Assembly (NCBI GenBank): GCA_016934535.1
Contig: JAFGSQ010000006.1
Location: 66,617 to 103,798 of the forward strand
Source of the DNA: a candidate division WOR-3 bacterium
GTDB taxonomy: Bacteria; SDB-A
DNA: 37,182 nt
Direction of reading: 5' to 3'
The notes below the pieces were generated by a model. It ran no database searches, was not told the origin of the DNA, and saw nothing but the letters and a program-made list of their open reading frames with translations. A program made the translations under genes and the position numbers. Positions 30,501 to 37,182 of this stretch are shown here, in pieces (the first letter of the stretch is position 1; each line of letters begins with the position of its first letter).

Positions 30501-30627
30501 CTTTTAAGGGAATGGCATCAAAATAGACTTTTTTGCCGAGTCTTTCTATAAACTGCTTTATTCTTTCGCCGTATATTTTCTCATTCTGCATAAATTTCTC
30601 TGCTGAATGATTCCACTGCCTGTTCAA
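27550..30627 (-). CDS. Alpha-mannosidase, glycoside hydrolase family 38 (true start may be ATG 30591)
   Basis: GHAHLDMAWLWP, WLPDVFGYS, GDGGGG, GELYLELHRGTYT, NQFHDILPGS. Confidence 0.93.
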   Translation of the reverse strand: MNRQWNHSAEKFMQNEKIYGERIKQFIERLGKKVYFDAIPLKAFYINTKNIPVSYEKMQTMDFQQIQTGEKWGEVWDCGWFKFYGTIPKEWQNSDFGVYLDTDGESCVFENKIPVAGLTNKIHWDLRAGKYYYPLIKPAGDKFELILETSANSLFGEAGKKDYFLNGSDLVRFDKKIFELWMDMRVLYEIAENQKNGSVRRKRIFSELNKILNLPDENCFIENSLNITKSLLAVPASWSALTVYSIGHAHLDMAWLWPVRETRRKGIRTFATALQMMEEYPLYKFGASQPQLYEWVKQDQPLLFEKIRRAVEEGCWELQGAMWVEPDMNLSGSESLVRQCLYGKRFFRDEFGKEINNLWLPDVFGYSAALPQILKKCGVDYFMTMKISWNETNRFPHHLFNWQGIDGSSVIAHFLPTDDYNVANTPKELIKGEEKFSQSDIADAFLNLYGNGDGGGGPGREHIEYGLRQQNTDGVPRFKFAFAQDFFKKISEIDKNILPVWVGELYLELHRGTYTTQALMKKYNRRLEQRLRDIEFLSAINGGIFVKELEKIWKNTLLNQFHDILPGSSIKQVYEDAHALSEKNLSLLDEIQTQILSEFYDEETSGKYHVFMNTLNWERRETVELPVDKEQNEVFTETGERFFAERQDDKLIFCLDLPPMAMIAVTTGTTELKKDTFNELSFKDNVLENSLVRIRLEDDGSIGSFFHKEYDYEFLSGPANQFLLYDDEPLKWEAWDINHYYREKPPIKPKLLERNVIEINRFRIKILQKLKIAESLIEQDITLEEGSSLLRFDNTVHWQEKRKMLRLSAETSVLCNDSISEIQFGSISRPNNNNTSWDTARFEICAHRYAGLSNHSYGFAVLNDCKYGHYIKGSTIDLNLLRSPVMPDGNIADQGIHGFAFAYYVHKNRIEVSDTWKKAHEFNTPLLRFSAKIIPDFQNPMTIIGDSGNIKIEAIKPAEKGKGIVLRFYETCGRNGEFIFQPKANYKNCSETDLLENITEQLDFENCGSISLKFKPFEIKTIKLN

Positions 30628-30642
30628 CTGAATCTATTTGCC

Positions 30643-31311
30643 TCACCACTCTTCTCTTACTTTTCCAAATAAACTGATTAGGTCTTCTTCCAGATTCCGC
30701 TTCTCAGCAGCAATAGACTTCAATGAACAAAGAGCACTTCTCGCTATACAAGCCTTATAGGACCAACTGTATGGACTTTGAGCAGGGTCATCATCATTGA
30801 TTTCCAAGTCTCCTGCAACAACGGCCATTGAAAGCAGTTGCGTGTTTTCAATGATCCATAACCACATTTGATCATCAGGAGGGAAAAGGTCTTCTTCCCA
30901 AACCTCCACCTGTCGGCTGTGATCGATTCCCTTCTTCACAACTTGTGTATTTTCTTGCGTGGGTTCTTTCAGCCAGGCTTCAACATTCTTGAGTTGTTTC
31001 TCAATAGTCTCCCCATCGAGACATGGGTCGGTTTCTAGAAAGGCAAAACCGAGGTCTTTGACTTGAACAAGATGGTTTTCAAAAACATAATCCCACGCAT
31101 AGCGTGCGAAGAAGGTTGCGAACAGGATAGCTGTACTTCGGTCGAGTTCGGCAAGTTGCTGCATGAACGTATCGAAAGATTTCTCCAGGGGTAGGGTCGC
31201 AAAAAGCCAATTTTTGGTTGGCGGATTTGTGTTTTCATTGCAAAGTAGAAAGAATTTGTTAATATCAACGATTTGTGCGATTTGTCTCTTGATTTCTTCC
31301 AGTTTCATCAT
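30643..31311 (-). CDS. Hypothetical protein
   Basis: 222-aa ORF with AGGAG SD; no motif recognised. Confidence 0.65.
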   Translation of the reverse strand: MMKLEEIKRQIAQIVDINKFFLLCNENTNPPTKNWLFATLPLEKSFDTFMQQLAELDRSTAILFATFFARYAWDYVFENHLVQVKDLGFAFLETDPCLDGETIEKQLKNVEAWLKEPTQENTQVVKKGIDHSRQVEVWEEDLFPPDDQMWLWIIENTQLLSMAVVAGDLEINDDDPAQSPYSWSYKACIARSALCSLKSIAAEKRNLEEDLISLFGKVREEW

Positions 31312-31344
31312 TTTTAATATCTCCTGATTGTGTTTTTGTCACAG

Positions 31345-31685
31345 ACCCGGCATAAGATTAGGATTACTAATGACAAAGCATGCGTTGCTTTCAATCATTG
31401 TCTATCCTAAGTTGAATGCTAATTGAAGATTTATTTTGGTGAATGACCCGCAGTAAAGAAATAATTGGTCCTTACCCCTTCAGTGGTTTTGTATCTCAAT
31501 ATTAAAATTGCATATGGGAGCTGTCAAATACTGAATCATTTCTTTTCAGTCTATATTTTCTATTTCATTTTTTGGATTTATTCTAATGTAATGGCTTAAA
31601 TTCGTTAAGTCCATATTTTGAGCCATTCTACATGAAAACCGAGTAAAAAAAATGATTCAAAAACTTCAGAGACAATATTTTTCTC
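31345..31685 (-). repeat. Promoter-leader module, copy A (longest)
   Basis: 31475-31685 aligns with 34426-34640; 31351-31480 aligns with 36871-37004 (shared CTAATCTTATG end); TTGACA-N17-TAATAT at 31499-31527. Confidence 0.75.
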
Positions 31686-31748
31686 AACAATAATATTTCG
31701 GCTGGTTACGAAAGAAGTTGATATAGAGCTGTAACTTATGCCACAGTA

Positions 31749-32612
31749 TTACACTTTTTTTGAATCCAGTATTTTCTTCAGTTTATCTATGCCGGGTTTT
31801 GTTTTATAAAGAGGTACGGATTCTTTTCGTTGCGGAAAAAGGTTTTCTTCGAAAACAGTATTTTCTGTAGTGTTATAAATAACTCCGAGAGAAAATTTAT
31901 TGTTTTCAAGTGCATTGCGCATTGCCTTGTCTCTGTCTGTTGAATCCCAGGATTCATCCAGATAGTATGTATTGTCTCGATACCAGCGAAAATTATTTTC
32001 TTTATTGAATGAAACGCAGGGTTGCAGTATGTCAACCAAAGAATATCCTTTATGGATTATCGCTTTTTTTATAATCTCTCTGGTTTTATCAACATCCCCG
32101 GAAAAAGCCCTGGCGACAAATGAAGCGCCCATTGCTACAGCAACAGCGGCAGGATTAAACGGTTCAAGATATACACCGGCAGTCTGAACGGGAGTTTTGA
32201 AGCCACGTTTACTTGTCGGAGAAGCCTGCCCTTTTGTGAGGCCGTAAACCATATTGTTATGAACAAGGTTGGTTATATCCGGATTTCTGCGGATTGTTGC
32301 CAGAAAATGATTTCCACCCTCGCCGTAAGTGCATCCGTCGCCGCTTTCAGCAATAACAGTCAGTTTGGGATCAGTCGCCTTTATGGCTGTCGCCGCCGGC
32401 AGTGATCTGCCGTGAAGACCGTTGAAGAAACTAACATTAATATATTGAGGCATTTTCGCGGCCTGACCTATGCCAGAAACCATAACAAGCTGATCTCTTT
32501 GAATCTTCAGGTCATCAAGAGCCCCTTTTAGCGCTTTGAGTATATCAAAGTTGCCGCATCCCGGGCACCACGCGATATCAATTTCCCTATTAAAATCAAA
32601 AATGGATGACAT
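31749..32612 (-). CDS. 2-oxoacid:ferredoxin oxidoreductase beta subunit
   Basis: WCPGCG, LHGR, SGDG TPP motif, [18 protein letters not shown]. Confidence 0.93.
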   Translation of the reverse strand: MSSIFDFNREIDIAWCPGCGNFDILKALKGALDDLKIQRDQLVMVSGIGQAAKMPQYINVSFFNGLHGRSLPAATAIKATDPKLTVIAESGDGCTYGEGGNHFLATIRRNPDITNLVHNNMVYGLTKGQASPTSKRGFKTPVQTAGVYLEPFNPAAVAVAMGASFVARAFSGDVDKTREIIKKAIIHKGYSLVDILQPCVSFNKENNFRWYRDNTYYLDESWDSTDRDKAMRNALENNKFSLGVIYNTTENTVFEENLFPQRKESVPLYKTKPGIDKLKKILDSKKV

Positions 32613-32616
32613 GAAT

Positions 32617-34365
32617 TTACCTCTCTGCCGGGTTTATGAATTCTTGTGTCAGTTCTTCCACGCTGAAAGGCATTCCATTATATTTAGTAATCTTCCTGTC
32701 GAATTCAAAGCTTGTAAGCATCCGTATAAGCAGGGCGAATTGTGACGAGAAATTATTTTCGACGATTATGGTTTTGCTCGCTTTTTTTAAATATATTTCT
32801 GTCTGCCTGTGTAAAGGGAAAAGCTGGGTGAAATGCAGGAGAGCCGTATCCTTTGCACCCGAAGATATGAGTGCTTCAAGTACCGTTTCAAGTGTCGAAC
32901 CCCACGAAACAATGAGTGTTGTGTAGTTTTCTGGGCCATAAAGATCGGGAGCTATAATATCTGGTTCCATAGCTTTAATTTTCCCCATTCTTTTGTTTAC
33001 CTGAGCAGTTCTGACAGAAAAACTTTCTGTTATGTATCCTCCTTCATCGTGTTCATCGCTGTCAACACAGACTATCCCTGTGCCGTATCCGGGAATTCCT
33101 CTGGGTGAAATTCCGGTGTCTGAAATTGTGTATCGCTGATATTTATCATCAGTTTCAACAATAATGTTTTCGTTAGAAAATTCATCCATTTTTATTTCAG
33201 GGATGGTGGTGTATGAGTCAAGATAGTACTGATCTGTCAGGATAATGACCGGCACCTGATATTTATCGGCAATGTGAAAGGATCTCGCGGCAAGAAATAA
33301 ACCCTGACGGAAGTTTCCCGGAGCGTATATTACCCGTGGAAATTCGCCATGACCGGCGAAAAGTGTGAAGAGGAGATCGCTTTGTTCGGTTCTCGTCGGT
33401 AATCCTGTTGCGGGTCCGGGTCTTTGTCCGATGTGAATTACCACAGGGGATTCGGTGGCGCCCGCGAGACTTAAGCCCTCTGCCATCAGCGCGAAGCCTC
33501 CTCCCGATGTGGTGACCATTGCGCGGCCTCCTGCATACCAGGACGCGATTGCCATATTGATCGCGGAAATTTCATCTTCAGCCTGTTCAACGGCTATATT
33601 CAATTCTGTTGAATGTTTCGCGAAATTTACAAGAACATCAGTCGAGGGCGACATCGGATAAGAAGAAATGAAGTTGCATCCTCCGGCAATGGACCCGTAG
33701 GTTATTGTCTCTGCACCATTCAACAGTATTTCCTGTGAAAGCGCCGGAGCTGGATCCGGAATCCGGATTACCTGCCGGTTGTTGAATAATTCCTGCCCTT
33801 TTTCAAATCCCGCGGAAGCTGCATTAATGTTACTATCAATTTTATCGGAGGCGGCAGATGAGAAATAGGATTGCACCTGATCTATAAGCATATAACGATC
33901 AATTTTAAAAAGGGCGGCGAATAGTCCCATTATTAAAAGGTTCAGGTATTGTTTCCCTCCGGACTCTTTCGCCATTTCTGTAAAAGGAATATCTATAAAA
34001 GTATAATTTTCATTTTTGTAAATATCATTAATAAAGACTGCTTCACCAATGATAACTGTATCGGAACCGATTCTCTCTTTGAACCGGTCCATAGCCCCTT
34101 CACCGAATGGAATAAATATATCTATTCTGTCGGTAAATGCGGTTTTTCTTTGTGAAGAAACTCGAATTAACGTTGAGTTGTTGCCTCCTCTAATCCGCGA
34201 CATAAATTCACTGTATGAAAAAATATATCTTCCTGAAATTTTAAACATCCTCAATAAAAGACGTTCGAGGGTTTGTATACCCTGGCCGGCCTGACCAGAG
34301 AGTACGATTGACAGGTCTAAACTGTTTTCTGTCATTGAAGCTTTTGTATCCCTTGAGTTCATCAT
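32617..34365 (-). CDS. 2-oxoacid:ferredoxin oxidoreductase alpha (gamma-alpha fused) subunit
   Basis: [41 protein letters not shown]. Confidence 0.93.
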   Translation of the reverse strand: MMNSRDTKASMTENSLDLSIVLSGQAGQGIQTLERLLLRMFKISGRYIFSYSEFMSRIRGGNNSTLIRVSSQRKTAFTDRIDIFIPFGEGAMDRFKERIGSDTVIIGEAVFINDIYKNENYTFIDIPFTEMAKESGGKQYLNLLIMGLFAALFKIDRYMLIDQVQSYFSSAASDKIDSNINAASAGFEKGQELFNNRQVIRIPDPAPALSQEILLNGAETITYGSIAGGCNFISSYPMSPSTDVLVNFAKHSTELNIAVEQAEDEISAINMAIASWYAGGRAMVTTSGGGFALMAEGLSLAGATESPVVIHIGQRPGPATGLPTRTEQSDLLFTLFAGHGEFPRVIYAPGNFRQGLFLAARSFHIADKYQVPVIILTDQYYLDSYTTIPEIKMDEFSNENIIVETDDKYQRYTISDTGISPRGIPGYGTGIVCVDSDEHDEGGYITESFSVRTAQVNKRMGKIKAMEPDIIAPDLYGPENYTTLIVSWGSTLETVLEALISSGAKDTALLHFTQLFPLHRQTEIYLKKASKTIIVENNFSSQFALLIRMLTSFEFDRKITKYNGMPFSVEELTQEFINPAER

Positions 34366-34425
34366 TCTTTTACTGGAAAATTATGTTTACGAGACAGGAT
34401 GTTCCTAAGGCAGGTTCTTGCATTT

Positions 34426-34640
34426 CCCCTTCAGTGAGGTTTGTTATTTTATATTAAAACCGTGAAGAGTTGTTGTCAAATTCTGAATTATTCTTTTTCA
34501 GTCTATTTTTTCTGTTTCATTATTTGGATTTAATCTAATGCAATGACATTAAATTCTTCGAGTCAAGCATTTGCACTATTCATTCTAAAAATTGAACGAT
34601 GAAAAATATTTTAAACAACTTCAGAGATAGTTATTTTCTC
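34426..34640 (-). repeat. Promoter-leader module, copy B (leader truncated by the oxidoreductase gene)
   Basis: Imperfect direct repeat of 31475-31685 (CCCCTTCAGTG..TGTCAAAT.CTGAAT..TTTTCAGTCTAT..TTTGGATTTA.TCTAATG..AACTTCAGAGA); TTGACA-N17-TAATAT at 34451-34479. Confidence 0.8.
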
Positions 34641-34696
34641 TCAAGCTGAGGTCGCTATCTCTGGATGATTCCGGTTTGAAACGGTTGTTGCGCAAT

Positions 34697-35191
34697 TTAA
34701 CCAATATATTTCTTTCCTATAATAGATTCAATATCCAATCTCAGTATTGTCACTTTATTATACGATTCATCATTCTTTATGTTTCTTTCAAATATCGGCT
34801 TTGGATCTTTTTCAAGATGGTTCAATAAAATCTGGAGTCCATGTTTCTTTTCTTCCAGGTCTGAAACAATAAATATATTGCCGCGTACTATAAGTGAAGA
34901 ATAATCATGATCACATTGAGTTTCCAAATAGCCTTTATCCTCTATTATTGTTCCGCATACTTTGCTGTTCATTTTTATATAATCAAGTTTATCGCCTTTA
35001 TTCGCGCAGTGAAAATAGAAGCAATTCCTGTTTTTATCAAAACCATAACTCAAAGTTACAATATAGGGATTATCATTTACTGACAATGCAAGTGAAATAT
35101 GATTTCCAATTTTTATTATTTTGTTTATTTCACTTTGATCCAGAATTTCATTACGTAAACGCTTTGGATGATACTGCATTGCATTCTCCAT
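34697..35191 (-). CDS. Pyridoxamine 5'-phosphate oxidase family, Nim-like flavin-binding protein
   Basis: PYIVTLSYG, FYFHCANKG.K, N.KVC, Y.S.I..G, GK C-terminus. Confidence 0.82.
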   Translation of the reverse strand: MENAMQYHPKRLRNEILDQSEINKIIKIGNHISLALSVNDNPYIVTLSYGFDKNRNCFYFHCANKGDKLDYIKMNSKVCGTIIEDKGYLETQCDHDYSSLIVRGNIFIVSDLEEKKHGLQILLNHLEKDPKPIFERNIKNDESYNKVTILRLDIESIIGKKYIG

Positions 35192-35283
35192 TCAAGTAAT
35201 TCAATTATTCTTTGAGCACGCGACAGCGCGTCCGCACAACGCCTGCACCGGCAAAATCTAAAAGAGGAGGATCGTGATTCCTC

Positions 35284-36873
35284 TCATTCAAAGTGCTTGT
35301 ACTCCGCCCAGGCGCGGTCGATCGGGACATGCCGGTCGCGTACGATAAATATCTTCAGATTATTCTCCTCTGGCATGCAATGCATGCACGTGTGCAGACC
35401 GGCCTGCATGACGTCGCCGTAGGACTCGAAGTAATCTTCCCGGTTTCCACCCAGCCGGATAAATGTCGTCACCGGCATTGGGCCGACACCCCAAAACCAG
35501 TAAGAGTTGTGGTTGCATATCACACGCGGCAGAAGATATTTGTGCGCGTACAACTCCAGCGCACCTGCCTCGCCGTAATTCGTGACGAAGACAACCGTCG
35601 TGGCCCGTTCGGTATCTGGAATAGAGACATAAGCCTTCGATACATTCTGCGCAAGCTCCTCCCACCCGTGCATGTCGGCGAAGAACTGCGGAAGATCCCC
35701 GAGTTCCTGGTTTTCCGGCGTGTTCGGCGCTACACCAAGCGCTTTTGAGTAACTCAGGTACAAATTCACGGGCAGGATCGGAATAGCAAACGGCGCGAGA
35801 ACCGCTCCCGATAGGACGAGGATCGTTGGAACGCCCCAGCGCCATGGGAATTTAGCCGTGCCGAGGCAGACACCGCCACAAGCAAATATCATCGGGTAGG
35901 CTGCAACGATGTACTCCGATTTTGTATGAGAGTTGGCGATAAGTACTCCAAACACAGTGAGGAACATTATACCGATGAGCCGTCGCGAACGTTCATCTTT
36001 ATGAGTAAAACACCACACGAGACCCGGCAGTGAAACCAAGTACGTAAACGGATTCATTCCCCAGAACTGATCGACGACAAAGCGCCACCGGGTGAGTGAT
36101 GAATACTTCTGCTCCAAAGCGTTCCGCATGAACTCGATGTGTGGCCAGCCGTTCAGGGCATTCCAGATCACAAAGGGTGAGAAAATCGCGAGAGCAACAG
36201 CTGCCGCCGCGTATGGCCCAGGGGTCTTGAGCTGAAAGCGCAATCGCCTGTCGAATAAAATTACAGCGGAAACGCCTGCTCCAAGCCATAGAACGCTTGT
36301 CTTATTGAGAAGTCCCAGGCCAAGAACAAATCCAAGCCAGATCCATGCCTTGAACCTGGCGCTTTCAGCTGCTCCGATAAGCGCATGGACCGCCAAAAGC
36401 CAGAACATGACGTCGAGGCTGTTCATCGAGAAGTAAGTGTGGAGACTCAGCATCTGCGGAGCGGCCAATAACGCCAGCGAAGCCAGTACGATCGAGGCGC
36501 GGCCTCCTCCCATTCGCCGGGCGAGGATGCCCGTTAGAGCAACGGACACGCCGAAGAGAATAGCAGGTACGAGGCGAATGGCAAACACTGAATCACCGAA
36601 GAGACTGCACGCTACTGCTAAGACGAAAATCGATAGAGGCGGTTGATCAACATATCCCGCATCGAGATGTTTACTGCAAGCGATATAATAGAGCTCATCC
36701 CGAAAATACCCGTAACCGCCTATGGTGTTTGCGATGATGAGCACGGTGAGCGCCAACACCGCCATTACGAAAATCGTAACCCAGTTCGATGAACGCGCCT
36801 TTCCTGCAGTTTCTGTTTTTGTCAGGTCTATCTGGGCAGATTCATCGCCCTCACCACACATGATGCTCAACAT
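35284..36873 (-). CDS. GT-C membrane glycosyltransferase (GT39/ArnT-like); start uncertain
   Basis: YFRDELYY, GYVDQPPL, GLGLLNK, many TMs, NYGEAGA; visibly GC-richer than flanks. Confidence 0.85.
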   Translation of the reverse strand: MLSIMCGEGDESAQIDLTKTETAGKARSSNWVTIFVMAVLALTVLIIANTIGGYGYFRDELYYIACSKHLDAGYVDQPPLSIFVLAVACSLFGDSVFAIRLVPAILFGVSVALTGILARRMGGGRASIVLASLALLAAPQMLSLHTYFSMNSLDVMFWLLAVHALIGAAESARFKAWIWLGFVLGLGLLNKTSVLWLGAGVSAVILFDRRLRFQLKTPGPYAAAAVALAIFSPFVIWNALNGWPHIEFMRNALEQKYSSLTRWRFVVDQFWGMNPFTYLVSLPGLVWCFTHKDERSRRLIGIMFLTVFGVLIANSHTKSEYIVAAYPMIFACGGVCLGTAKFPWRWGVPTILVLSGAVLAPFAIPILPVNLYLSYSKALGVAPNTPENQELGDLPQFFADMHGWEELAQNVSKAYVSIPDTERATTVVFVTNYGEAGALELYAHKYLLPRVICNHNSYWFWGVGPMPVTTFIRLGGNREDYFESYGDVMQAGLHTCMHCMPEENNLKIFIVRDRHVPIDRAWAEYKHFE

Positions 36874-37051
36874 AAGATTAGTCGTAACAATTCAAAAAGA
36901 ATGGTTTACGCTCCATAATTACCTGGTTTCTGTTGGCTGTTAATTGAAAAAAAAATATTAGTTAAATAGCGCTTAGAAAAGAAATGATTTGGTATTTCTC
37001 CTCCAATAAACAAGTATGAATAATAATAGAACTGTAGTTATTTCAAGTCAA
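36865..37051 (-). repeat. Promoter-leader module, copy D, ending in attI-like site
   Basis: TTGACT-N17-TATTAT (37023-37051); leader colinear with copy A; GACTAAT-CTTAT-GTTGAGC at 36865-36883. Confidence 0.6.
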
Positions 37052-37182
37052 ACAAGGATTTTTAATTTAGGATAGTTGTTTATCTTTTGTTCTTAGTAAA
37101 AAATATATTTTAAACCACTAGTGTCCTATAAAAAATAAAAAGAAAAAGACTGGTTCCTAAAAAGAAAATATAATCAAAAAAA

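Noticed and set aside
31546-31626. 26-aa ORF inside repeat copy A
   Set aside because: Frameshifted in copy B with only non-synonymous differences, so not conserved as coding
37150-37165. LexA box over the divergent promoter
   Set aside because: Does not fit CTG-N10-CAG
1-37182. CRISPR array, tRNA/rRNA, transposase, integrase or reverse transcriptase
   Set aside because: No regularly spaced repeats, cloverleafs or catalytic motifs of these families were seen

Overview
AT-rich bacterial window in which every credible gene (about 35) lies on the minus strand. A C-terminal sorting (T9SS/FlgD-Ig-like) domain and a likely outer-membrane protein suggest a diderm, possibly an FCB-related lineage (inference). 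The left part (1-8.6 kb) is transport and housekeeping: a partial FAD oxidoreductase, MATE, nitronate monooxygenase, a Ca/Na antiporter, CorA, and ktrB-ktrA under a c-di-AMP (ydaO) riboswitch. It also holds an unexplained ~290-nt structured, promoter-preceded candidate ncRNA (3732-4020). The remaining ~28 kb (8.67-36.9 kb) is a co-directional string of functionally unrelated, cassette-type genes: GNATs, CPBP proteases, GrpB, YdeI/OmpD, AlkD, three PNPOx-like proteins, methyltransferases, vapBC, plus GH38 and a 2-oxoacid:ferredoxin oxidoreductase. It contains one attC-like hairpin and several possible attC stumps. Most notable is a degenerate non-coding module present four times (about 23.3-23.5, 31.3-31.7, 34.4-34.6 and 36.9-37.05 kb). 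It consists of a 17-bp-spaced sigma70 promoter, a conserved leader and, in three copies, a terminal 7-5-7 attI-like site. The right-most copy abuts a GC-rich gene with cassette-like boundaries. No integrase is in the window, so the multi-attI integron-like reading is a hypothesis.
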